DNA of 64,000 nt from Candidatus Falkowbacteria bacterium (GCA_012800315.1 JAAZJO010000006.1:10172-74171), one strand, 5' to 3'. Shown: positions 18,341-27,297, numbered from the stretch's first letter. Program-made: numbers and translations. Notes: generated by a model from the letters alone, not told the origin.

Positions 18341-19630
18341 TTATTTATTTTTCCATTCTTTTTCCTGACGAACAATTAATTCAGCTGCTCTTTCCGGTTC
18401 AGCCATCAATTCCTTCACTACTTTTTCCATGCGCGCCCCCTGTGAACCTTTAACTAAAAGAATATCCCCGGCCTTAATCCGGTTTTGTAAAAATCTGCCC
18501 GCCTCTTCAGGTTTATCAAAATAAAAAATATAATCATCTTCCATACCGGCCTCCTTAGCACCCCTAATAAAATCACGCGCTCGCTCGCCAACCGCAATTA
18601 ATTGACTAATTTTATTTTCAACCACTGCCTTGCCTACTAACCGATGACCTTCCTCTGTATAACTGCCAATTTCTAACATATCACCCAAAACCGCATATTT
18701 ATTAGCCTTATCATCTATTCTCACCCTCTTTAAAACATTAAGCGCTAATAAAACTGCTTCCGGAGAAGAATTATATGTATCATCAATAATAAAAGTATTT
18801 TTGATACCTGGTAAAAAATTCATGCGCCCTTTTGGCAAACTAAAATCACTTAAAGCAGTTGCAATTTCTACTAAATTAAAATCAAAATATTGTGCTACTG
18901 CTGTCGCTGCCAAAGCCGCATAAATAGCTGTCTCAGCCATCACATTTTTCATATACACCGGCACAACCGAGCCATTATAATTTAATTTAAAGTGTATGCC
19001 TAAAATATCATAACCTTCTTTGGTAAAATTATAAACAATATCTTGAGCCCGAAAATTAACTCCTTCTTTTAGTCCATAACTTAAAGTCCTAGCTTTACTA
19101 AACTCGGTCATTTCTTTGACATACTGATTATCAAAATTAAGAACCGCTAAACCTTTAGGATTTAAGTTTTCAATCAATTCTTGTTTCTCTTTTTGAATAT
19201 TAGTAATTGAGCCAAAATATTCTAAGTGCGAATAACTAACCGCCGTGACCACGCCAATATCAACAGGCACAATCTCTAATAAATATTTCATATCGCCGGC
19301 ATGATCAACCCCCATTTCTAAAACCAAAACCTCAGGATATTTTTTATTTTTAATTATTAATAAGTAGCAAGCATATAAAAACACACCTAACCAACCAAAA
19401 AAACTTCTGCCCGGAGATTTCCGTCCAATAATCGTTAAAGGCAAACCAATTTCATTATTATAATTCTTAAATGTTGTCCGTACACGCAACTTTTGTTGCA
19501 AAACTTTATTAATCGCCTCTTTAGTGCTAGTTTTTCCAATTGATCCAGTAATGCCAATAACCACCGGCTGATATTTTTTAATAATCATCCGGGAAAACAT
19601 TTTTAATTTTAACTGCAATAATTTTTTCAT
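18341..19630 (-). CDS. murF: UDP-MurNAc-tripeptide--D-Ala-D-Ala ligase
   Basis: Mur ligase P-loop GITGSIGKTSTKE, the MurF-type NYNNEIGLPLT motif, and dcw context. Confidence 0.85.
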   Translation of the reverse strand: MKKLLQLKLKMFSRMIIKKYQPVVIGITGSIGKTSTKEAINKVLQQKLRVRTTFKNYNNEIGLPLTIIGRKSPGRSFFGWLGVFLYACYLLIIKNKKYPEVLVLEMGVDHAGDMKYLLEIVPVDIGVVTAVSYSHLEYFGSITNIQKEKQELIENLNPKGLAVLNFDNQYVKEMTEFSKARTLSYGLKEGVNFRAQDIVYNFTKEGYDILGIHFKLNYNGSVVPVYMKNVMAETAIYAALAATAVAQYFDFNLVEIATALSDFSLPKGRMNFLPGIKNTFIIDDTYNSSPEAVLLALNVLKRVRIDDKANKYAVLGDMLEIGSYTEEGHRLVGKAVVENKISQLIAVGERARDFIRGAKEAGMEDDYIFYFDKPEEAGRFLQNRIKAGDILLVKGSQGARMEKVVKELMAEPERAAELIVRQEKEWKNK

Positions 19631-19631
19631 A

Positions 19632-21623
19632 TTAATTTCTGGATTTAGGAATTTGATAATACTTTAAAATAAAATCAGCAATATCTTTCCACAAAGGCAC
19701 AACCGAACCTTCCGCATAAACCACATCTTTAGGATTATCCATTTTAGTTAACATCACAAAAGCTGGACTTTCAATCGGAGCAATGCCGACAAAAGTATGA
19801 ATATACTGATCTTTTAAATAACCACCCGGCCCTGGAATTTGGGCTGTACCAGTCTTTCCGCCAATATAATAACCTTCAATATAGGCTTTACTAGAATGTC
19901 CTTTTTCAACCACATTAGTTAACATCGCTGACATAGTGGCAGCTGTTTGCGCTGAAATCACTCGTCTAATTTGCTGTGGCTGAATATCTTCACGTTTACC
20001 ATCACTACGCACAATACTTTCAACAATGTGTGGCTTCATCATTACTCCCTTATTAGCAATCGCTTGATAGGGCATGATCATTTGTAAAGAAGTAACGGCA
20101 ATTCCCTGACCAAAGGAAGCAGTCGCTGCATCTATTTCTTTAATTTTTGGTTTTAATAAATTATTAATATTACCAGAACTTTCTGAACCCAATTCAATGC
20201 CTGTCTTTTCACCAAAACCATAATTCTTCACATAATCAGCAAAGACCGTTGGGCCAGCTTGACGCATAGCAAAAATTGAACCTGTATTTAAAGAGTTTTC
20301 CAAAACATAATTCATATCAACCATCCCATGACTACCTTTAGAACTAAAATCTGAATTACGAATCGGCTTATTCCAACCGGCAATCATAATTTCTCCGGTA
20401 TCATTAAAAAGAGTTGCTGGAGACACTTTATTCTGATCAATCGCGATTGACATCGTCACTGTTTTAAAAACCGAACCTGGTTCATACTGCTCAAAAATCA
20501 CTGGATTATTAAAAACTCCGATATCAGAAACATCTTTATAATTATTCGGATCAAAATCGGGCACAGAACACATGGCAATAATTGCTCCAGTTTTCGGATT
20601 CATCACCACTACACTGCCACTATCAGCATCATGTTTTTTTACTGCTTCCTTTAATTTTTCACAAGCAACAAATTGAATATTACGATCTATCGTTAAAATT
20701 AAATCAGAACCATTTTCCGGTTTCACATATTCACGATTATTAACAATAACTGTTTCACTTTTACCAGCTTTCTCTGATTTTAAATAGCCAGCTTTGCCAG
20801 CCAATTCTTCATTAAAAAAATCCTCTAAACCATAGCGGCCGACTTCTTGATTATCAACATTGCTAACAAAACCAATAATATGCGAGCCAATTTCTTTTTC
20901 CGGATAATAACGATGGGGCCTTAAATCAAAACCAAACCCCGGAAGATAAAATCTAGTTGCTGATACTCCCTTCTTATAATTAACTTGTCCATTGCGCAAT
21001 TCTAAATCATCAACTGAAATCGGCGAACTAGTTGAGGCTAGAAAAGCAAATAATTTTAATAGCTCTTCAGTCCCTAATTTCTTATCTAATGATTCATAAG
21101 GATCACCTGGTTTATCAAGTTTTTTTAAATATTTTTGAATTATTTGCTCTTTGCTTGAGGAGGCAAATTCAGCAAACTCTTTTCCAGTTAATAAGTTGGC
21201 TAAAGAAGAAGAGGAAACAGTTATTCCCTTAGTCTTTAATTCTTCAACAAATTTTTCTTCAAGTAAAGGTTCATCAAAAAAAGTATATAGCTTCTCAGCC
21301 ATTTCCTGTGGATTGCTTATCTCTTTAGGCACAGCATAAACTGAAGCAAAATCTTTATTAGTCGCCAAAGGATAAAGTTTTTCTGTTCCATTAATTACTT
21401 CTCTTAAATAAATTCTGCCTCTTTCTGGTTCTAGTTGACTAAAAACTTCATGCTGAGAAGAAGCTAGAGCAGTATAAAAATCACATTGCCCAATTTGGAT
21501 AGAAAATAATTTATAAATTAAAGCACCGCACAACAAAAAAACAATCGCCACCACCAAGCGGAGACGATTAAGATTTATTTTATTTTTCTCTGACTGTCCC
21601 TTGTTTTTTGTTTCGCGCCACAT
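19632..21623 (-). CDS. ftsI: Penicillin-binding protein 2/FtsI-type transpeptidase
   Basis: N-terminal TM helix plus SxxK (GSVFKT), SxN (NSLNTG) and KTG (GKTGTAQ) motifs. I chose the start at the internal ATG 21621-23 (MWRETKNK) to avoid a 53-nt overlap with ftsL. The ORF-track start is 21683. Confidence 0.85.
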   Translation of the reverse strand: MWRETKNKGQSEKNKINLNRLRLVVAIVFLLCGALIYKLFSIQIGQCDFYTALASSQHEVFSQLEPERGRIYLREVINGTEKLYPLATNKDFASVYAVPKEISNPQEMAEKLYTFFDEPLLEEKFVEELKTKGITVSSSSLANLLTGKEFAEFASSSKEQIIQKYLKKLDKPGDPYESLDKKLGTEELLKLFAFLASTSSPISVDDLELRNGQVNYKKGVSATRFYLPGFGFDLRPHRYYPEKEIGSHIIGFVSNVDNQEVGRYGLEDFFNEELAGKAGYLKSEKAGKSETVIVNNREYVKPENGSDLILTIDRNIQFVACEKLKEAVKKHDADSGSVVVMNPKTGAIIAMCSVPDFDPNNYKDVSDIGVFNNPVIFEQYEPGSVFKTVTMSIAIDQNKVSPATLFNDTGEIMIAGWNKPIRNSDFSSKGSHGMVDMNYVLENSLNTGSIFAMRQAGPTVFADYVKNYGFGEKTGIELGSESSGNINNLLKPKIKEIDAATASFGQGIAVTSLQMIMPYQAIANKGVMMKPHIVESIVRSDGKREDIQPQQIRRVISAQTAATMSAMLTNVVEKGHSSKAYIEGYYIGGKTGTAQIPGPGGYLKDQYIHTFVGIAPIESPAFVMLTKMDNPKDVVYAEGSVVPLWKDIADFILKYYQIPKSRN

Positions 21624-21630
21624 AGTTATT

Positions 21631-21972
21631 CTATTTACGAGCAACGACTGAAGGAATAACTGATAAATATTCAATTTCACCAATAGCCACCATGTTTAAT
21701 TTTTGTGCGCGAGTGCTTAAAGAATAATATGATTGAAGATTATTGATCTGTTCTTCATTATCAAGTTTCTCGCTAGCCAAAACTTCAGCCTGGGCCTTCA
21801 GTTCTTTTAAAGCAAATCCTTTAACCGCCAAGTCACTAGCATTAACTAAATAACAAACCCCGAGTAAAGAAATACAAAAGACTAAAAAGAGATTAAACTT
21901 TTTTAAATTTATTTTTTTACCACGACTTGATTGTTGGGTTGGCGCTTGATAGCAATTAATAACCTTGGTCAT
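21631..21972 (-). CDS. ftsL: FtsL-like cell-division protein (single TM helix plus coiled coil)
   Basis: 113 aa with one TM helix followed by a heptad-like region. Its position between rsmH and ftsI is the canonical FtsL slot. Confidence 0.55.
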   Translation of the reverse strand: MTKVINCYQAPTQQSSRGKKINLKKFNLFLVFCISLLGVCYLVNASDLAVKGFALKELKAQAEVLASEKLDNEEQINNLQSYYSLSTRAQKLNMVAIGEIEYLSVIPSVVARK

Positions 21973-22005
21973 AAAATGATTACAAAATTTATATCAATTT
22001 AAAAA

Positions 22006-22896
22006 TTATCCTATTTTTTCAGCGGCCCGAAGTTTGGCACTACGCGCTCGGGAATTATTCACCATTTCTTCCGCAGTCGGTATTAAGGGTTTTTTAGTTA
22101 ATATTTTAATTTCAGGATTATCTTTAAAAAATTGTTTAACAATTCTATCTTCTCCACTATGAAAAGAGACTACTACTAAACGACCATAAGGCTTTAACAA
22201 ACTAACTGCATCAGGCAAAACTGCTTCTAAAACTTTTAATTCCTCGTTAGTCTCCATTCTCAAAGCTTGGAAAATTCTAGTTGCGGGATGAATTTTGGAG
22301 TGATAACGAAAAGGGGTAACTTTTTCAATAATACTCACTAAATCATGGGTTGAGGCAATTCTCTTTTTTTTACGGGCCTCCACAATTTCCTTAGCAATGC
22401 GATAGGCATATCTTTCTTCGCCATATTCTTGAAAAATTCTGGTTAATTCTGGCAACGAATAAGTGTTCACTATATCTGCCGTTGATCTCTCATTCTTTGG
22501 ACCAAAGGACATGTCTAATGGTCGCTCACCTTTAAAAGAAAAACCCCGCGCCTCATCATCAAGCTGAGCTGAAGATAAACCAAGATCAAAAACAATACCA
22601 TCAAATTTAGCTTCCGGAGATACCTGTTCGCTCACCACCGCTTTTAAATTTTTAAAGTTATCATTAACTAAAACAATATTTTCTAATTTTTGCTGGGCAA
22701 TTAATCTAGTTGCATTTTTAATAGCTAATTCATCCAGATCAATCGCAATTACTTGTCCCTGCTCACCCACCTCTTTTGCTAAAGCAATCGTATAACCAGC
22801 TCCACCCAAAGTACAGTCAATATATTTTTTTCCCGGACGAGGATCTAAATAGTTCAGAATTTCTTTAAGCATGACCGAAACATGAAAATAGGCCAT
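22006..22896 (-). CDS. rsmH: 16S rRNA (cytosine1402-N4)-methyltransferase
   Basis: HVSVMLKE start, DCTLGGAGYT SAM motif, FDLGLSS, and its position after mraZ. Confidence 0.92.
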   Translation of the reverse strand: MAYFHVSVMLKEILNYLDPRPGKKYIDCTLGGAGYTIALAKEVGEQGQVIAIDLDELAIKNATRLIAQQKLENIVLVNDNFKNLKAVVSEQVSPEAKFDGIVFDLGLSSAQLDDEARGFSFKGERPLDMSFGPKNERSTADIVNTYSLPELTRIFQEYGEERYAYRIAKEIVEARKKKRIASTHDLVSIIEKVTPFRYHSKIHPATRIFQALRMETNEELKVLEAVLPDAVSLLKPYGRLVVVSFHSGEDRIVKQFFKDNPEIKILTKKPLIPTAEEMVNNSRARSAKLRAAEKIG

Positions 22897-22901
22897 AGAT
22901 T

Positions 22902-23333
22902 TTAAATTCCTAAATCACCTAACTCTTCAGCAATCGCATTACTATTTTTCTCACTAACTGTCTTATATTTACGCCAAGCATCTGCATCCCAAATTTCCAA
23001 ATGATTATATAAACCAGCAATAACAATTTTCTTTTTTAATCCAGAAAAAGTTCGTAGATATTCTGGCAAAGTTATTCGCCCCTGATTATCAAAATCAAGA
23101 TCCATCGCGCCAGCTAACATGTGACGACTAAAAGTTCTGGCTTTCGCCTGACTAATCGGTAAAGCAGCTAACTTTTTCGCAATATTCTCAAATTGTTCTT
23201 TGGAATACAAAAATAAGCAGTTATCTAAACCTTTGGTAACAACTGCTCCCTTTTTTAAGATAGCCCGAAACTTAGCCGGAATAGCTAAGCGTCCTTTATC
23301 ATCTAAATTGTGACTGTATTCCCCGATGAACAT
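22902..23333 (-). CDS. mraZ: Transcriptional regulator MraZ
   Basis: MFIGEYSHNLDDKGRLAIPAKFR and a second DxxGR(I/L)xLP repeat (DNQGRITLPEYLR). 143 aa. Confidence 0.92.
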   Translation of the reverse strand: MFIGEYSHNLDDKGRLAIPAKFRAILKKGAVVTKGLDNCLFLYSKEQFENIAKKLAALPISQAKARTFSRHMLAGAMDLDFDNQGRITLPEYLRTFSGLKKKIVIAGLYNHLEIWDADAWRKYKTVSEKNSNAIAEELGDLGI

Positions 23334-23373
23334 AATAAATTAAACAAAAATTAATTTAATCAAAATAAAGATA

Positions 23374-23399
23374 TTCACCACTGTTCACCACAATTCACC
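23374..23399 (-). promoter_or_regulatory. Three direct GGTGAA boxes at exact 10-bp phasing (candidate MraZ operator)
   Basis: The minus strand reads AGGTGAATtGTGGTGAAcaGTGGTGAATat. The plus-strand TTCACC copies lie at 23374-79, 23384-89 and 23394-99, just downstream of the -10 element and 41-66 nt upstream of the mraZ ATG. Confidence 0.5.
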
Positions 23400-23410
23400 T
23401 TACAAGTTTA

Positions 23411-23439
23411 ATTATACACCACTAATGCCCAACGGTCAA
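23411..23439 (-). promoter_or_regulatory. Sigma70-type promoter of the mraZ/dcw operon (TTGACC-17-TATAAT)
   Basis: On the minus strand there is TTGACC (23434-39), a 17-nt spacer and TATAAT (23411-16). Confidence 0.6.
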
Positions 23440-23465
23440 CACTAAACTTTTGCCTTATATAAGCT

Positions 23466-23504
23466 AAAAAATAAAAAAAAGATTACTTATTCACAAGTAA
23501 TCTT
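23466..23504 (-). terminator. Rho-independent terminator after the tsaB-like gene
   Basis: Minus strand: AAGATTACTT-gtgaat-AAGTAATCTT, a 10-bp stem followed by TTTTTTTTATTTTTT. Confidence 0.6.
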
Positions 23505-23563
23505 AATTATGTAAAAATAATTTATCCCAATAATCCAAAAGTTTTCAACAATTAACCCACAGG

Positions 23564-23944
23564 CTATAATTTCAATTTTTTAGGCTTTCCGATATTCGCT
23601 TCTCGGTCATAAATCGGCTCAACAATAGAATAATCAGCAAATTTTTTCTGACCTTTTGTTTTTGTCTCCGCTTCCACTGGGATACATAAGGCATAAGCGA
23701 GAGCATTAGCGGTTATCACACCAATCCGCAAAGAAGTAAAACTACCGCCATAATTAGCCACTATAATTTTTGTTAATTGCTGCAATTTTATTTTTTTAGT
23801 TTTTAATAATTTATCAATAGACGGCAGTAATTTCTCAGCCTGCTGGCGCGGTGCTTTAATTTTCCGATGAGCCAAAACCCTATCTCCATCCCTTAATTCA
23901 ATTATTATTTGATTATGTTCAACTGTATTAATATATAAAATCAT
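23564..23944 (-). CDS. tsaB: TsaB/YeaZ-like protein, N-terminal half only (126 aa)
   Basis: MILYINT...KLLPSIDKLL...LTKIIVANYGGSFTSLRIGVITANALAYAL matches the TsaB N-terminal ASKHA subdomain. The protein is about half the usual length. Confidence 0.6.
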   Translation of the reverse strand: MILYINTVEHNQIIIELRDGDRVLAHRKIKAPRQQAEKLLPSIDKLLKTKKIKLQQLTKIIVANYGGSFTSLRIGVITANALAYALCIPVEAETKTKGQKKFADYSIVEPIYDREANIGKPKKLKL

Positions 23945-23948
23945 ATTA

Positions 23949-24902
23949 TTATTTTAATATTTTTTTTATCTCGGCTAAACTATTTACCTTTACTAATTGC
24001 TCGCGTAGTTTAGCCGCACCAACCATTCCTTGCATATACCAAACTGCTTGTTTACGAAACTCTACTAAACCACGCTTCCCTTTCTGAGCTTGTTTTAATT
24101 CAGCCTGCTGTAAAACAATTTTAAAAATTTCTTCCGCTTTTAAATTAATTACTTGATCTTTTTTTATTTCTTTATAAAGCCAAGGTCGCCCCAAAACGCC
24201 TCGGGCTAAACCTAAACCATCAGCCTTGCTTTCACGCAAAGCTTTTTTTGCACTAACTAAATCATTAATTCCACCATTAGCTAAAATCACTCCTGAAAAA
24301 TATTTTCTAGCTTCTTTGACCACTTTCCAATCTGGCTGACCAGCAAAGCCTTGTTTTAAAGTTCGGCCATGAATCATTAAAGCAGCTACTGGCAAATCAA
24401 TAATATTCTTTAAAAATTTTTGTACATCAACATTGCCAGCCTGTGCCCGAATTTTTATTGACACAGGCAAATCAGTATTAGCTAGTACTGCCTTAATAAC
24501 CGCTCGGGCTCCTGCTAAATCTTTCATTAAACCAGAACCAGCTCCTTGTTTAATAATCTTTGGTACTGGACAACCAAAATTAATATCAATTCCATCTGGC
24601 TTAATCTTTTCAGTAATAATTCTAGCCGCTACAGCAAAGTGCTCTGGGTTAGCGCCAAATAATTGTACCACATAATATTTTTCTTTTTGACGATTAAACC
24701 TTAAAAGATCAAGAGTTAAATTCTTCTTTTTATTTTGATTATAAAAAAGCGCAGTGACTGAAGCCATCTCGCTATACAAAACATCAGCGCCATATTTTTT
24801 ACAAATCTGACGAAAAGCGGAATCAGTGAAACCAGCCATAGGTGCCAAAGCTAAAATTGGTCTAGATCGTTTTCTTAATGTCTCCCAAAAATTTTTTGCC
24901 AT
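23949..24902 (-). CDS. tRNA-dihydrouridine synthase
   Basis: LAPMAGFTDSAFRQI, DINFGCP and the overall Dus TIM-barrel layout. I placed the start at ATG 24900-02 (MAKNFWE), 1 nt after the cysS stop. The ORF-track start of 24950 overlaps cysS. Confidence 0.85.
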   Translation of the reverse strand: MAKNFWETLRKRSRPILALAPMAGFTDSAFRQICKKYGADVLYSEMASVTALFYNQNKKKNLTLDLLRFNRQKEKYYVVQLFGANPEHFAVAARIITEKIKPDGIDINFGCPVPKIIKQGAGSGLMKDLAGARAVIKAVLANTDLPVSIKIRAQAGNVDVQKFLKNIIDLPVAALMIHGRTLKQGFAGQPDWKVVKEARKYFSGVILANGGINDLVSAKKALRESKADGLGLARGVLGRPWLYKEIKKDQVINLKAEEIFKIVLQQAELKQAQKGKRGLVEFRKQAVWYMQGMVGAAKLREQLVKVNSLAEIKKILK

Positions 24903-24903
24903 G

Positions 24904-26334
24904 TTAGTTTTTAATGCGATAAATTCGGAAAGTATCTTGATCATCCTCAAGTAAATATCCCTGCTTTTTTATTGCCTCCCGCAAACGATCAGATTCTGAC
25001 CAATCTTTATTGTCCCGAGCAGTATGACGAGCAATCACTAAACTTTGCACCTCCATCGGTAAATCTGCTAATTTTAATTCTGAAGAAAAACTCTGTGCTT
25101 GCTCCAATTTTAAACCAAAAACTTGATCAAAATCTATAATCGTCGCCCACAAATCTGCCTTAGTTAACTTTGACTTTTTAAGAGAAAATAAAACAGCTAA
25201 GGCCTGTGGTGTATTTAAATCATCATTAATCGCAGCTAAAAATTTTTCTTTAAAACCTAAATCAACCTGAGCATTTTTCATTTCTGTTGCACTTAATGAT
25301 TCTTTAAGGCTAGCTACCCAAGAATATAAACTCTCTAACCCTTCGGCTGCTTGCTGAATTCCTGTCTCACTATATTCCATTGGTTTGCGATAGCTAACTT
25401 GTAAAGCAGCAAAACGAAAAGCTAGTGGATTAATACCTTTCTTAATTAGCGCATTTTCTAAAGTTAAAAAATTATCCGCGCTCTTCGCCATTTTCTTGCC
25501 ACCAGCAATATTCAAAAATCCATTATGTAGCCAATAATTAAAAAATGGTTCTCCAGTCGCTGTCTCCGATTGAGCAATTTCATTAGTATGATGAATATTA
25601 ATATGATCAACGCCACCACAATGAATATCTAACTGCTGGTTTAAATATTTTAAACTCATTGCCGAGCATTCAATATGCCAACCCGGGAAACCTGTTCCCC
25701 AGGGCGAAGCCCACTCCATCTGACGCTTAGTTCCAACTGGTGAAAATTTCCATAAAGCAAAATCAGTTGGATTTTTCTTTTCAGTATTTACTTCCACGCG
25801 CGCGCCTTCTTTTAATTCTTCCAAAGGTAAATGACTAAGTTTATTATAATCCTTAACTAAAGAGGTATCAAAATAAAGACCATCACTAGTTTGATAGGTA
25901 TAGCCTTTCTCTACTAATTTTTCAATTAAAGCTATCTGCTCAGGAATATTATCAGTTGCGCGAGAATAAACATCAGCTGGTTTAATATTTAAAGCAGCTA
26001 AATCTTTTTTAAAAGCCTCTTCATAGAATCTAGCAATTTCCCAAGCACTTTTACCTTCTCGCTTAGCTCCCAATTCTAATTTATCTTCACCCATATCCAT
26101 ATCACCAGTTAAATGCCCAACATCAGTGATATTCATAACATGTTTTACTGTATATCCATTATACTGTAAAATTCGCTTCAAGAAATCATCAAATAAATAA
26201 GCTCGTAAATTTCCTAAATGAGCATAATTATAAACCGTCGGTCCGCAAGTATAGAGACCAACGCTTTTCTCTTTTATCGGAATAAACTCCTCCTTCTGAC
26301 GAGTCAAGGTATTGTATAAAAAAATTTTTGTCAT
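24904..26334 (-). CDS. cysS: Cysteinyl-tRNA synthetase
   Basis: [12 protein letters not shown] (HIGH-type) and KMAKS motifs. I placed the start at ATG 26332-34 (MTKIFLYNT). The longer ORF-track N-terminus reads through tRNA-Val and is spurious. Confidence 0.92.
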   Translation of the reverse strand: MTKIFLYNTLTRQKEEFIPIKEKSVGLYTCGPTVYNYAHLGNLRAYLFDDFLKRILQYNGYTVKHVMNITDVGHLTGDMDMGEDKLELGAKREGKSAWEIARFYEEAFKKDLAALNIKPADVYSRATDNIPEQIALIEKLVEKGYTYQTSDGLYFDTSLVKDYNKLSHLPLEELKEGARVEVNTEKKNPTDFALWKFSPVGTKRQMEWASPWGTGFPGWHIECSAMSLKYLNQQLDIHCGGVDHINIHHTNEIAQSETATGEPFFNYWLHNGFLNIAGGKKMAKSADNFLTLENALIKKGINPLAFRFAALQVSYRKPMEYSETGIQQAAEGLESLYSWVASLKESLSATEMKNAQVDLGFKEKFLAAINDDLNTPQALAVLFSLKKSKLTKADLWATIIDFDQVFGLKLEQAQSFSSELKLADLPMEVQSLVIARHTARDNKDWSESDRLREAIKKQGYLLEDDQDTFRIYRIKN

Positions 26335-26339
26335 ATTTT

Positions 26340-26416
26340 TGGTGGTCGTTAGTGGACTCGGACCACTGACCTCCGCGATGTGAACGCGGCGCTCTAACCA
26401 GCTGAGCCAAACGACC
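26340..26416 (-). tRNA. tRNA-Val (anticodon CAC), CCA encoded
   Basis: Hand-folded cloverleaf: GGTCGTT/AACGACC acceptor, GCTC/GAGC D stem, CCGCG-TTCACAT-CGCGG anticodon arm, AGTGG-TCCGAGT-CCACT T arm, then discriminator A plus CCA. The T-loop has C at position 55. Confidence 0.88.
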
Positions 26417-26466
26417 AATTATTAAAATAAATTGCTTTTTTATATCCGCATTATATCGCCTTTCTG

Positions 26467-26550
26467 TGCCCGGAGGGGGACTTGAACCCCCATGAGATTG
26501 CTCCCACAGCGTTCTGAACACTGCGTGTCTACCAGTTTCACCACCCGGGC
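26467..26550 (-). tRNA. tRNA-Leu (anticodon CAG), class II long variable arm, no encoded CCA
   Basis: GCCCGGG acceptor, CAGTG-TTCAGAA-CGCTG anticodon arm, a 15-nt variable arm, and a GGGGG-TTCAAGT-CCCCC T arm. Confidence 0.9.
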
Positions 26551-26572
26551 GATAAAATGCTTATACACCTAG

Positions 26573-26601
26573 ATTATAAGCGTAATATCCTTATTTTACA
26601 A
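26573..26601 (-). promoter_or_regulatory. Candidate promoter for the tRNA-Leu/tRNA-Val/cysS transcript (TTGTAA-17-TATAAT)
   Basis: On the minus strand there is TTGTAA (26596-601), a 17-nt spacer and TATAAT (26573-78). It lies 22 nt upstream of the tRNA-Leu 5' end. Confidence 0.5.
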
Positions 26602-26659
26602 GTATTTTGCCATGAAATTTAGGCAAAACTTTTCCTACTATTTATGATATAATAATTAC

Positions 26660-27286
26660 ATGTTAGATTTAAAGACTGAAAAGAAAATATTTGATCTCGG
26701 CTATAAGTGGGTAGGCGGAGTTGATGAAGCTGGGCGCGGCCCCCTAGCGGGACCAGTAGTAGCTGCCTGTGTTGTAATTGGCCCTGATTTTAAAATTGAT
26801 CAAGAAGATTTAGCCCTAATCGCTGATTCAAAAAAGCTAAGCGCTAAGAAGCGAGAAAAATTATTCGGCATCATTAAAGAAAAAGTGGCAGCGGTTGAAA
26901 TTGGTGTAGTTGATAATCTGCTAATTGATAAAATAAATATTCTTCAAGCTAGTTTTTTAGCTATGCGGCGGGCAATTAAAAAATTAAAAATTGAACCCGA
27001 CTATCTTTTAGTTGATGGCAATTTTAAAATTCCTAAACTAGAGAAATCACAGACCGCTATTGTTGGTGGTGACGCCCAAGTTTTTTGTATCGCCGCTGCC
27101 TCTATTATTGCTAAAGTTAGTCGGGATTGGATGATGACTGAAATTGATAAACAATATCCTCAATATGGTTTTGCTAAACATAAGGGTTACGGCACTAAAG
27201 CTCATTTTGCTAAAATTGCTGAACATGGCCCCTGCCCTCTACATCGCTTTAGCTTTAAACCAATCAAAGAAATGATGACTAAATAA
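26660..27286 (+). CDS. rnhB: Ribonuclease HII
   Basis: GVDEAGRGPLAGPVV catalytic motif, DSKKLS, and the KGYG... C-terminal region. Confidence 0.9.
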   Translation: MLDLKTEKKIFDLGYKWVGGVDEAGRGPLAGPVVAACVVIGPDFKIDQEDLALIADSKKLSAKKREKLFGIIKEKVAAVEIGVVDNLLIDKINILQASFLAMRRAIKKLKIEPDYLLVDGNFKIPKLEKSQTAIVGGDAQVFCIAAASIIAKVSRDWMMTEIDKQYPQYGFAKHKGYGTKAHFAKIAEHGPCPLHRFSFKPIKEMMTK

Positions 27287-27297
27287 AATATCAAAAA

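Noticed and set aside
23371-23400. The TTCACC(A/C) repeats, considered as DnaA boxes, an oriC element or a mini-CRISPR.
   Set aside because: They match only 7 of 9 positions of TTATCCACA. No dnaA or dnaN is nearby, and the units are only 10 bp with no spacers. Position and phasing fit an MraZ operator much better.
26228-26521. A 97-aa minus-strand ORF, plus the 28-aa N-terminal extension of the cysS ORF (up to 26418).
   Set aside because: Both read straight through the tRNA-Val and tRNA-Leu genes. The peptide sequence is just translated tRNA. The real cysS start is the ATG at 26332-34.
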